Both the position numbers and the translations under genes were made by a program. The notes beneath the pieces were generated by a model. The model saw only the letters and a list, made by a program, of their open reading frames with translations. It did not search any database and was not told the DNA's origin. DNA of 64,000 bases from an uncultured delta proteobacterium (GTDB lineage: Bacteria; Myxococcota; Kuafuiibacteriia; Kuafuiibacteriales; Kuafuiibacteriaceae): positions 1 through 64,000 of the forward strand of contig CAWDML010000010.1 of assembly GCA_963803435.1 (NCBI GenBank), given 5' to 3'. The first letter of the stretch is position 1; the number at the start of each line of letters is the position of its first letter. Of this stretch, positions 18,706 to 29,699 are shown in pieces.

Positions 18706-19331
18706 CGTCTCAGCTGTCTCGGTCTCCTCCTTTCACGGCGTACCACAGGACGGTACTGATTCAAACCGATCGACGGGATGCAGCTCGGATCCTCCGCTGC
18801 GCGCTGCACCATCCCGACATCGCGCAACCAGCGCCAGAGCGGCTGGCTGTCGATCGGACACAGGCGGGTGAAAGCGGAGCGGATGCCAGAGTCCCAGATG
18901 CGCGCGTAGCGATCGAAGTCGTCCGGGCGCACGCGACCTCTGCAGCCTGCCTTCCCGCAGAGACAGTCGAACGGGCGCTCGAGGTTCAGCGCACCATAGT
19001 CGCTGGTCAGCTCCTCGCCGGGCGCGACATCGCGGACCGCGATCTCCAGGGGCCAGAGACCGGGCCCCATGCTGTTCGCTTCACAGCTGTGATTCATGAA
19101 GCGTGTGAAGTCCCAGCAGAGCACGCGGCGGCCGAGTTGATCGACGTAGGTGTATTTTTCGAGGAGCTCGTAGGCAGTGCCGTCGAGGTCGGCGTAGTCA
19201 TCCGGTTCCAGCCGGCGGTCCAAGGGATCTTCGACCCAAGTGAGCGTGCCTGCCGGGATGTGATGAGTGGCGAAGACGCCGTAACCGACCTCGTCGTCGA
19301 TGTGCCTGAGCTCCGTGTGGGGATGGAGCAC
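18702..19331 (-). CDS. SET-domain protein-lysine methyltransferase
   Basis: GYGVFAT, RFMNHSCEAN, GEELTSDY, post-SET CLCGKAGCRG. Confidence 0.92.
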   Translation of the reverse strand: MLHPHTELRHIDDEVGYGVFATHHIPAGTLTWVEDPLDRRLEPDDYADLDGTAYELLEKYTYVDQLGRRVLCWDFTRFMNHSCEANSMGPGLWPLEIAVRDVAPGEELTSDYGALNLERPFDCLCGKAGCRGRVRPDDFDRYARIWDSGIRSAFTRLCPIDSQPLWRWLRDVGMVQRAAEDPSCIPSIGLNQYRPVVRRERRRPRQLRR

Positions 19332-19376
19332 TTCGCCCACGAGTCTTAGCACAAAACGGATTTGGCAACCCCTCCT

Positions 19377-21881
19377 CTAAGGCTTGAGGTGCTGCTGGTA
19401 GGCGGCCTTGAGGGTCGGGTCGGCGAGCACGTCGCGCGCCTCGTCGAGGCTGCGCCGGATCTCTCTCGCGAGCTCCACCAGATCCGGATCGACGGAGATC
19501 ACGTCGGTGTCGATCAGCTCGGTCAGCCGCCGGTGGGCGGCCCGGACCTCGTCCGGGGCGGACGTCGGGGTGACGCCGAGGATGGTGAAGTAATCGTTCG
19601 CGCGGACCAGGCGGGCGAGCGCCCGGAGGCGGCTCGGGGGGTCGAGGCGGCGATCGACCGAGTGGTCGATCGGGGTGGGCTTTTGTCGCTTGGGGGGGCT
19701 GCTCAGGATCGGCTCGCCGCCGGTGGGCTGCGACAGCGGGATCCAGCTGAGCGCGCTCCGGGCCTTGGGGCGTTGGACCACGGTCGCCAGGCCGAACAGG
19801 ACGTAGACGAAGGCGACCGCGGCGGCGCGCTCGAGCGGGATGGCCGACAGACGGGCCGCCTCCGCCAGCTCGTAGCGACCGTCGAGGATCGCGAGAAAGC
19901 GCGCGTCCCGCGACGGTCCGACCTCGGCCATGGCGGTCACCCGGATCCGTGCCCCTTCGCCGCCCACCGCGTCGAGGAGCTCCTCCTGCCCGGCCACCCG
20001 GGGCAGCAGATCGATCAGGAGGCGGCGGACGTCGTCGAGCTCCGGCACGATCTCCTCGCGGACGACCTCCACCTCCTCGCTCCCGTCGAGCTCGTAGCTG
20101 CCGTGCTGCCGGAGCAGCGCGGTCAGCCCGTCCTCGAAGTGACGGTGGAGGTACACCGTCCCCTCCGTTTCCCGGAGGAACCCGTGGCGGACGAACATCC
20201 GGGCCACGTCGACCGGGCGCTCGGAGTGCTCGAAGCTCATCAGATCCCGGCAGGCGGCCTCGTCGACCTTCCCGACGGCCAGGAGGAGGGAGAGAAAGCC
20301 GTGGACCGCCCGGTGCCCCCGGAGCGCCGCCGGCTGGCCGTCGACGAAGACGATCCGGGGGGCCCCCGTCGCCGCCAGGATGCCCGTGGCGCGCTGCTCC
20401 TCAATCCGCGCCAGAAGTCGGACCATGTCGACCAGGCTGGTGGTGACGCCCTCGACCGGGACGAACCGCGCCGGCGTGATCCGGGAGGCGGCGCCGTAGC
20501 TCGGTGGCAACAAATCCCGGAGCCGCTGCGCCTCCGCCGGGACGCTGAGGTCGTCCCAAACCGGGAGCCGGCTCCAGCCGCCCATGGTCAGCGGGGCCAC
20601 CTCGAACGACGCCTCGGGCACCGGCGGGACCTCCTCCACGGGCTCCGGCACGGGAAGGCGATCCGTCACGTCGGGCCGCGCGAGCTCGTCCGGATCCTCG
20701 GTGTCGGGGGCGAGCAGGTCGGTCGGTGCCTCGGGGCGGGGCAGGACCGGGACCTCGAGATCGGAGGCGACGCCGCGCACGGGGGGGACGTGCACCGTGT
20801 CGTGCGAGAGGAGATCGATCTCCTCCCCGTCGAGGCTCTCCGGCTCGGGCGGGAGCGTCACCATGTCGAGCGTGTTCACGCGCCAGCTCTTTCCGATCTC
20901 CTTGGCGATCAGATCGTCGAAGCTCGCGTCGCGGTCACCCGCGCGCTCGAGGCCCAGCGCGAGCTCGAGCTCCTGAAGCCGGCGCCGCAGCGCGGTGTCC
21001 TCGGGGCGCAGGCGGATCATCTCGTGGATGAGGAACATCGCGTTGTCGAGCTGGCCGCGCGCCTCCAGCGCGTCAGCGGTGCGGCGGTAGATCTCGAGGG
21101 CGTCCTGGTTGCGACCGACGCGCGCGGCCAGCCGTCCGGCGTGCCGCGCGATCTCGAACTCTCCGGAGTCGAGGTGGAGGATCAGCTTGTAGAGCGCGAG
21201 CGCGGGGCCGACGGCGTCGTCGGTCTCGTACATTGCGGCCGCGGCGGCATAGATCTCGATCGATTCGCGGAGCCGGCCGGAGGCGCGCAGCGACTCGCCC
21301 TGGTGAACCAGCGAGAGGGCCGCGTCCTCGCCGGTCCGGTCGGCGCCGCCCTTCACGCGGAGGATCGGCGGAATCGGCGAATAGTCGTGCTCGGTCACGC
21401 TCTCCTGATCGAACTCTAGGAAGTCGGACATCTCGATCGAGGGCAGCTCCTCCGCGATGGGGAGCGGTGCGGTGGCGGGCTCGCGGTCGTGCTCGACGTC
21501 GGTGGTCCAGCCCCGCACGCGTCCAGCGAGGTAGTCGAGGTCGTTGGGGAGCGGGAAGAAGTAGTCGCCGCCGTGGCTCAGCGCCTCGCCCGGCGAGCGG
21601 ACCGGTGAGCGCTCGTCGACCTCTCCCATGAAGAGGATCGGGACCAGCTGTCCCCGGGGGGCGTCGCGGAGCGCCTGGCAGACCTCGACGCCGCTCTCGT
21701 CGCCGAGGACCACCGCGAGGAGCACGGCGTCGGGCCGCGCCCTGTGGAACGATTGGAGTGCGGAGGCGCCATCGACGGCCGAGACGGTCTCGAGGCCCTC
21801 GCGGGTGAGCGCGGCCTCGAGCGCCTCGACCATCGCCTCATCGTGCTCGACGACGAGGATGCGGCTGCCCAAAACACGCAC
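19377..21881 (-). CDS. Receiver-like + TPR + DUF4388-like + degenerate DnaJ-domain protein
   Basis: RILVVEHD receiver fold; TPR helices; EQRATGIL...IVFVDGQP; C-terminal DYFTILGV...EARDVLADP..KAAY. Confidence 0.78.
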   Translation of the reverse strand: MRVLGSRILVVEHDEAMVEALEAALTREGLETVSAVDGASALQSFHRARPDAVLLAVVLGDESGVEVCQALRDAPRGQLVPILFMGEVDERSPVRSPGEALSHGGDYFFPLPNDLDYLAGRVRGWTTDVEHDREPATAPLPIAEELPSIEMSDFLEFDQESVTEHDYSPIPPILRVKGGADRTGEDAALSLVHQGESLRASGRLRESIEIYAAAAAMYETDDAVGPALALYKLILHLDSGEFEIARHAGRLAARVGRNQDALEIYRRTADALEARGQLDNAMFLIHEMIRLRPEDTALRRRLQELELALGLERAGDRDASFDDLIAKEIGKSWRVNTLDMVTLPPEPESLDGEEIDLLSHDTVHVPPVRGVASDLEVPVLPRPEAPTDLLAPDTEDPDELARPDVTDRLPVPEPVEEVPPVPEASFEVAPLTMGGWSRLPVWDDLSVPAEAQRLRDLLPPSYGAASRITPARFVPVEGVTTSLVDMVRLLARIEEQRATGILAATGAPRIVFVDGQPAALRGHRAVHGFLSLLLAVGKVDEAACRDLMSFEHSERPVDVARMFVRHGFLRETEGTVYLHRHFEDGLTALLRQHGSYELDGSEEVEVVREEIVPELDDVRRLLIDLLPRVAGQEELLDAVGGEGARIRVTAMAEVGPSRDARFLAILDGRYELAEAARLSAIPLERAAAVAFVYVLFGLATVVQRPKARSALSWIPLSQPTGGEPILSSPPKRQKPTPIDHSVDRRLDPPSRLRALARLVRANDYFTILGVTPTSAPDEVRAAHRRLTELIDTDVISVDPDLVELAREIRRSLDEARDVLADPTLKAAYQQHLKP

Positions 21882-21890
21882 GGTATAACA

Positions 21891-23816
<1,926 letters not shown>

Positions 23817-25112
23817 CTAGACGCTCTCCATCCTCGACCAGAGACGCTGGGCCTGTTCGCGCGCTCGGAAGAGGACGCGCCGCTCGTCGATCCCCACAAT
23901 GCGCCGGTTTCGCATGACGGCGCGGCCCGCGACGAAGAGGTCGCGCACGTGCGCGCTGGGGAAGCCGAAGAGAAGGTGCGATCCGAGCGTGCGAGCGTCG
24001 AGAGGCGTCGGCGAGTCGTACGCGATCACGGCGAGATCACCGGCGGCGCCGGGCGCGAGCGATCCGAAGGTGCCCCCGAAGATCTCCGAGGCGAGGCGGT
24101 GGCCGCGCGCCAGCAGCTCGACCGGATCGGGCCACACCGAGGGGCCGGTCGCCTCGCGGCGGCGGAGGAACGCGGCCTGGAGCTCGCGGATCGGATCGTT
24201 GTCGATGCCGTCGGTGCCGAGCGCCACCTTGGGCAGCGAGGCGAGCCGGCCGGCGAACCCGACGCCGTTGTTCATGTTGGAGCGCGGCTGGTGCGTGACC
24301 CAGGCGCCGCGCTCCCGGATGAGCTCGACCTCGGCGTCCTCGACGTCCACCGCGTGGGCGAGCAGCGTCCGCGGGCCGACCATCCCGATCGCGTCGAGCT
24401 GGGGGACCAGCCGCCGCTTCCAGCGCGCCGCGGCGGCGAGCTGGTCATCGGGACCCTCGGCCGCGTGCGTGTGCAGCCAGGCGCTCTGGGTCTTCGCCAG
24501 GTCGGCGGCGGCCGCCAGCGTTTCGTTCGAGCAGGTGAACGGAGCGTGGAGTCCGATCGCGCCGCGGATCATCGGGTCGCGTGCGGCCTTCTTCGCGAAG
24601 CGCTCGCTCTCGCGGAGTCCGGCGCGCGCACCCTCCGGGCCGTGGCGATCGGTGGCGCCGTAGGTGAGGAGCGCGCGCAGGCCGAGCTCGTCGAGGACCT
24701 CCGTGACGAGGTCGAGCGAGCCGTCGATGAACCCGGGAGACTCGTGATGATCGATGAGGCAGGTGACGCCGGAGCGGATCGCGGACAGCGCGGCGGCCTC
24801 CACCGACGCGCGCAGCGACTCCTCGTCGAGCGCGCGATCGAGCCGCCACCAGACCTTCTCCAGGATCTGGCGGAACGACGTCGGCGGCAGCAGCGGCCCA
24901 GGCATTCCCGCCGCCAGACCGCTGTACAGGTGCGTGTGGGCCACGACGAAGCCGGGGACGATCAAGCAGTCGGTGCAGTTGACGGTGGAGGTGGTGGGGA
25001 TCTCGTCGGTGACGTCGCCCATGCGATCGCCGTGGATGACCACGTCGGTGCATTCGACCCGCGGTGGATCGAGCTCGACGACTGTGCCTCCGATCAGAAG
25101 TGTGGCGTGCAT
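23817..25112 (-). CDS. ssnA: SsnA-like metal-dependent amidohydrolase
   Basis: AHTHLYSGLA, F.QILEKVWWRLDRALD, DHHESP, GLHAPFT, PRSNMNNGVG, LGTDG; adjacent to ygfK-like gene. Confidence 0.85.
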   Translation of the reverse strand: MHATLLIGGTVVELDPPRVECTDVVIHGDRMGDVTDEIPTTSTVNCTDCLIVPGFVVAHTHLYSGLAAGMPGPLLPPTSFRQILEKVWWRLDRALDEESLRASVEAAALSAIRSGVTCLIDHHESPGFIDGSLDLVTEVLDELGLRALLTYGATDRHGPEGARAGLRESERFAKKAARDPMIRGAIGLHAPFTCSNETLAAAADLAKTQSAWLHTHAAEGPDDQLAAAARWKRRLVPQLDAIGMVGPRTLLAHAVDVEDAEVELIRERGAWVTHQPRSNMNNGVGFAGRLASLPKVALGTDGIDNDPIRELQAAFLRRREATGPSVWPDPVELLARGHRLASEIFGGTFGSLAPGAAGDLAVIAYDSPTPLDARTLGSHLLFGFPSAHVRDLFVAGRAVMRNRRIVGIDERRVLFRAREQAQRLWSRMESV

Positions 25113-26359
25113 CAGTCTTCCTCCAGGCTCCGCTCGACCGCGGACAGGTTCGGTTCGATCGGCGCCGGCACCGTCACGGCGGACATCGCCGCCTTGACGT
25201 CCTTGAGCCCGCTGCCCGTGATGACGGCGAGGACGGTCTCGCGGTCGTCGATGATCCCGAGGCGTCGCGCGGCCTCGATCCCGGCGACCGCGGTGGTGGC
25301 GGCCGGCTCGCCGAACACGCCGCTACGCTGGGCGATCTCGGGGATGAAGCGACGGATCGCGTCGTCGGGGACCGCGAGGTAGCGACCGCCACTCTCCCGC
25401 ACCGAACGCAGCGCCTTGAGCGGGTTCCGCGGCATGCCGACGTTGATCGAGTCGGCGAAGGTCTTCGCCGCGATCCGCTCCACGTCCTCACGCCCGGCGT
25501 CGAACGCGGCACAGAGGGGCGCGGCACCCTCGGCCTGGACGCCGAGCATCTTGGGGACGCGATCGATCAGGCCGAGGTGGTGCATCTCGACCATGCCCTT
25601 GTAGGTGCCGGCGATCGAGCAACCGTCGCCGACGCTCATCGCGACCCAGTCGGGCATCTCTCCTCGCAGGAGGCCGAGCTGCTCGGCGATCTCGAGGCCG
25701 CACGTCTTCTTGCCCTCGACCAGGTACGGGTTCACGGCGGCGCTGCGGTTGTACCAGCCGAAGCGCGCGACCGCCTGCTGGCACAGGTCGTAGGTGGCGT
25801 CGTAGTCGGCCTTCACCAGGAACACGCGCGCGCCATAGGTGACGAGCTGCGCGACCTTGGCCTCCGGCGCGGTGGCGGGGACGAAGATGTACGGCTCGAG
25901 CCCCATCGAGGCGCACAGGCCTGCGACCGAAGTGGCGGCGTTACCGGTGGAGGCCGCCGCCACGATGGTGGCGCCCTGCGAGGCGGCGCGCGCCACGCCG
26001 ACGTACGAGGCGCGGTCCTTGAACGATCCGGTGGGCTCAAGGCTGTCGTCCTTCAACCAGAGACGGGCCACGCCGACGCGCAGCGCCAGACGGGGCACGT
26101 CGTAGATCGGCGTGCCGCCGACCGCCAGGGGCGTGCGCGCCGCGTCCTCGGGGATCGGGAGCAGCGGCAGATAGCGCGCAATGGTGCGGTCGGGGTCGCT
26201 CTTCAACCGCGCGCGCGTCAGCACCTCGGCGATCGCGGCGTAGTCGTAGCGCACGTCACGAATGCCTCCGCATCGAGCGCACGCGTACTCACCCGCCGAC
26301 GGCGCCTCGACGGTGCCACAGCGCGTGCAGATCAGATCGCGGACGTACCCGGACAACAA
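25112..26359 (-). CDS. thrC: Threonine synthase-like fold-type II PLP enzyme
   Basis: N-terminal CxxC..CxxC; PTGSFKDR, ASTGNAA, NPYLVEGKKT, VGDG, TGSGLKD. Confidence 0.85.
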   Translation of the reverse strand: MLSGYVRDLICTRCGTVEAPSAGEYACARCGGIRDVRYDYAAIAEVLTRARLKSDPDRTIARYLPLLPIPEDAARTPLAVGGTPIYDVPRLALRVGVARLWLKDDSLEPTGSFKDRASYVGVARAASQGATIVAAASTGNAATSVAGLCASMGLEPYIFVPATAPEAKVAQLVTYGARVFLVKADYDATYDLCQQAVARFGWYNRSAAVNPYLVEGKKTCGLEIAEQLGLLRGEMPDWVAMSVGDGCSIAGTYKGMVEMHHLGLIDRVPKMLGVQAEGAAPLCAAFDAGREDVERIAAKTFADSINVGMPRNPLKALRSVRESGGRYLAVPDDAIRRFIPEIAQRSGVFGEPAATTAVAGIEAARRLGIIDDRETVLAVITGSGLKDVKAAMSAVTVPAPIEPNLSAVERSLEED

Positions 26360-26407
26360 TCGACGACTATCGCAAAGGGAAGCGCGCAGCGAGCGGGGAT
26401 CGGCCGG

Positions 26408-27835
26408 TCACTCGGTCACGTCGGCTGTCCGATCCGGTCGGGTTGCGCCGACCGTTATCGCCTGGCGCTCGGTGGCGGCCCGAAGGGGCGCCATGCGGGC
26501 GCCGTGCGGAGGTCGGGTTGCGCCGACCGTTATCGCCTGGCGCTCGGGTCGCTCCCGACCCACCGCCCAGATGCACGAGAAGGCGACCGCGGCGACCAGG
26601 AAAACCACGCCGAGGTACACCCACCAGGCGGTCTCGTCGGTGCCGAGCGCGAGGCCCTTCGCCGGTGCCTCCGGCACGGGAAGGGGCTCGGCCCACCCGG
26701 CCGGGGAGGGCCGGGAGTAGGACAGCATGCTGTCCCTCAGCGACGGCACCCGGGCGGCCGCCCCCCCGGTCTTCGGAGGCGGGGTGATCGCGGGCGGGAT
26801 CGCCGTGGCCGGGGGCGCGCCGCCGCTCGTGGTCTCGCCGCGCTCCGCGGGGAGCGTGAGGCGTGCGCCCTCGAGCTCGGGCACCGAGCCGTCGAGGGAC
26901 TGCGTGCGCAGCGACTGGACCGCGGGCCACACGGCGGCCACCACCCGGGCGATCGCGGTCGAGGAGAGGCGGAGGCCGCGGGCAGCGCGGAAGCTGTCGA
27001 GGCTGCGGATGAGACGGCGCGCGGAGCCGACGCGCTCCTGCGGATCGACGGCGATCGCGTGCTCGATGATCTCGACCAGCTCCGGATCGACACCAGGGAG
27101 GCGCATGGGGACCGGCTCGTAGTCACCGGCGGCGACCTTCCACAAGAGCGTGGCCATCTGCTCGTTCGGGTAGAGGGCCTGACCGCTCACCATCTCGAAG
27201 AGCATCGCGCCGAGCGAGAACAGATCGCTCTTCGCGTCGACCTTGTCGCCGCGCGCCTGCTCCGGAGAGAGACAGCGCGGGCGCCCCCGGACCACGCCCG
27301 GCTGGGTGAGGCTGTGACCGCTGAGCTTGGCGAGCCCGAAATCGACCAGCTTGGGGACGCCGTCGAGACCGATCAACACGTTCTCGGGCGCGATGTCGCG
27401 ATGCACGATCCCGAGGGGCGTGCCATCCGGCAGCGCCCGGTCGTGCGCATGGCCGAGGCCGTGCGCAACGTGGATGGCAATTCCGATCGCGACGTCGACG
27501 GGGAGGACACGACCGTTTCGGCGGAGGACGGACAGGATCTCGGCGAGGGAGGGGCCCTCGACGAACTCCATGACGAGGTAGAGATCGGTACCGGCCTGCC
27601 CGGCGTCGATCACCTCGACGACGTTCTGATGTTCGAGGGTAGCCGCGACGGCTACCTCCCGGAGAAACATCAGCTTGAGATCGGCGTCCGAGTCGGCGGC
27701 GTCGAGGACCCGCTTGACCGCCAGCCGGCGGGTGAGATCCGGAGCGGTGGCCTCGTAAACTTCGCCCATGCCTCCGGCCGCGATGCGCCGGCCCAACGCA
27801 TAGCTGCGCGGCTGCGATCGATGCCGGAGAACCAT
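26408..27835 (-). CDS. Membrane-anchored Ser/Thr protein kinase
   Basis: IAAGGMGEVY, LAVKR, HRDIAPEN, DFGLAK, SPEQ, SDLFSLG; C-terminal TM segment WWVYLGVVFLVAAVAFSCIWAV. Confidence 0.92.
   Translation of the reverse strand: MVLRHRSQPRSYALGRRIAAGGMGEVYEATAPDLTRRLAVKRVLDAADSDADLKLMFLREVAVAATLEHQNVVEVIDAGQAGTDLYLVMEFVEGPSLAEILSVLRRNGRVLPVDVAIGIAIHVAHGLGHAHDRALPDGTPLGIVHRDIAPENVLIGLDGVPKLVDFGLAKLSGHSLTQPGVVRGRPRCLSPEQARGDKVDAKSDLFSLGAMLFEMVSGQALYPNEQMATLLWKVAAGDYEPVPMRLPGVDPELVEIIEHAIAVDPQERVGSARRLIRSLDSFRAARGLRLSSTAIARVVAAVWPAVQSLRTQSLDGSVPELEGARLTLPAERGETTSGGAPPATAIPPAITPPPKTGGAAARVPSLRDSMLSYSRPSPAGWAEPLPVPEAPAKGLALGTDETAWWVYLGVVFLVAAVAFSCIWAVGRERPERQAITVGATRPPHGARMAPLRAATERQAITVGATRPDRTADVTE
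26436..26547. repeat. Two identical 37-bp palindromic direct repeats with a 38-bp spacer
   Basis: GGTCGGGTTGCGCCGACCGTTATCGCCTGGCGCTCGG at 26436-26472 and 26511-26547. Confidence 0.9.
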
Positions 27836-27976
27836 GGGCGTCGAGCATTGTGGCACTTCTTTCGCTCGAACCGCAGGCGAAAAGTGAGGGCTTCCAGAAA
27901 TCACTCGGCCGTAGCACCATGTCCTTGCCTACGACATCAAAGATCCCCTATCCAAGGAGTCTCTTTCACTCACCGA

Positions 27977-29695
27977 ATGCGACCGATCGATGGTCAGACC
28001 AACGGCCTCAAGGCCAACCAACTCAAACGTCTCCAAGCCACGTTCCGGAGGAAGGTCAAGGGCGACGCCCTCGTCACCCTCGAGCTCGCCCGTTACCTGG
28101 CCGATCTGAGCCATGAGATCGGCCGCCAGGTGGGCGTGCTGATCGATCGGGGTGGCGAGATTGCGCACGTGATCCTCGGTGACCCCGGGCGTCTTTACCT
28201 CCCCGACGTCGGTCGCGCGCGCGGCGGCGAAGGACGCCTGCGCGGGTTGCGCTTGGTCCGGACCGAGCTGCGCCAGCACGGGCTCACCCGCGAAGATATG
28301 GCGGATCTGGGCAAGCTGCGCCTCGACGCCGTGGTGGTGCTGGAGATCGATCCGAACGGCCAGCCGAAGACCGCCCACTGGGCTTATCTGCTCCCCGACG
28401 GCCGTCGACGCACTGTCACGCCGACGCAGGAGTCGGTGCGCGGGCCGCAGGAGCTCCCCGAGAACGGGATGGCGCTGGTGCGCGACGCCGAGGCCGAGAT
28501 GTCGCGCATGTTCGCGGGCGACGCGCGCGAGGTCGTTCGTGACAAGGCGATGCTGGTCGGCGTGTGGCAGTCGGAGCCGGGCGCGAAGAAGAAGGCCGAG
28601 GACTCGATCGCCGAGCTCTCGGAGCTCGCCCGCACCGCCGGGATCAAGGTGGTCGAGGTCGCGCTCCAGATCCGGCGCGAGATCGATCCGCGCACCGTCG
28701 TCGGTCGCGGCAAGATCGAGGAGCTCACGTTGCGCGCCCTCGAGCTCGACGCGGACGTGCTGATCTTCGATCGCGATCTCTCACCCTCGCAGCTCCGCGC
28801 GATCACGAACGAGACCGACCTCAAGGTGGTCGATCGGACCCAGCTGATCCTCGACATCTTCGCCCGCCACGCAAAGAGCCGCGACGGCAAGCTCCAGGTG
28901 GAGCTGGCGCAGCTCAAGTACGCGCTCCCGCGGTTGATCGAGAAGTCGACCATGATGAGCCGCCTGACGGGCGGCATCGGGGGGCAGGGGCCCGGAGAGA
29001 CCAAGCTCGAGATCCACCGGCGGCGCGCCCACGATCGGATCCATCGGCTGGAGCAGGAGATCGAGCGCCTGTCGGTGCAGCGGGGCGTGCGGCGCAAGCG
29101 GCGGGGCGAGAACCGGATCCCGGTGGTCTCGATCGTCGGCTACACCAACGCGGGTAAGTCGACTCTGCTCAACGCGCTCACCAATTCGGCGGTGCTGGCG
29201 GAGGACAAGCTCTTCGCCACGCTCGATCCGACGACGCGTCGACTCCGGTTCCCCGAAGAGCGCGAGATCATCCTCACCGATACGGTCGGCTTCATCCGCG
29301 ATCTGCCGAAGGATCTCGTCGCTGCCTTTCGCGCGACCCTGGAGGAGCTGGCCGACTCGGAGCTGCTGGTGCACGTGGTGGACGCCTCGGATCCGCTCCT
29401 CGATCAGAAACGCCAGGCGGTCGAGAAGATCCTGGAGGAGCTGGAGGTCGGGAAAGTGCCCCGCCTCCTGGTGCTCAACAAGGCGGACGCGACTCCACGG
29501 CCGCTGCTCTCCGCGATCAAGCGGGTGACCGGCGGCATCCCGGTGAGCGCGATCGATCGCCAGGGGCTCGATCCCTTGATGCACGCGATCGAGGCGACGC
29601 TGTTCGGCAACCGGCAGGCGCGCGCGGATGCCGACGCCGCCGAGCGCGCGCGCGATTCAGAGCCGCCCGTCGTCCCGCTCGACCGCGTGGTCTGA
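27977..29695 (+). CDS. hflX: GTPase HflX, long form
   Basis: DRTQLILDIFA, GKLQVELAQLKY, GPGETKLE, GYTNAGKST, DKLFATLDPT, DTVGFI, NKAD. Confidence 0.96.
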   Translation: MRPIDGQTNGLKANQLKRLQATFRRKVKGDALVTLELARYLADLSHEIGRQVGVLIDRGGEIAHVILGDPGRLYLPDVGRARGGEGRLRGLRLVRTELRQHGLTREDMADLGKLRLDAVVVLEIDPNGQPKTAHWAYLLPDGRRRTVTPTQESVRGPQELPENGMALVRDAEAEMSRMFAGDAREVVRDKAMLVGVWQSEPGAKKKAEDSIAELSELARTAGIKVVEVALQIRREIDPRTVVGRGKIEELTLRALELDADVLIFDRDLSPSQLRAITNETDLKVVDRTQLILDIFARHAKSRDGKLQVELAQLKYALPRLIEKSTMMSRLTGGIGGQGPGETKLEIHRRRAHDRIHRLEQEIERLSVQRGVRRKRRGENRIPVVSIVGYTNAGKSTLLNALTNSAVLAEDKLFATLDPTTRRLRFPEEREIILTDTVGFIRDLPKDLVAAFRATLEELADSELLVHVVDASDPLLDQKRQAVEKILEELEVGKVPRLLVLNKADATPRPLLSAIKRVTGGIPVSAIDRQGLDPLMHAIEATLFGNRQARADADAAERARDSEPPVVPLDRVV

Positions 29696-29699
29696 TCCC

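Noticed and set aside
26436-26547. Bona fide CRISPR array
   Set aside because: Only two repeats, no cas genes or AT-rich leader, a self-complementary spacer, and it lies in frame within a CDS
25064-27976. N-terminal ~970 aa of the 1543-aa plus-strand ORF as a giant HflX fusion
   Set aside because: It is the antisense shadow of the thrC-like and kinase genes; the HflX-like sequence starts at ATG 27977
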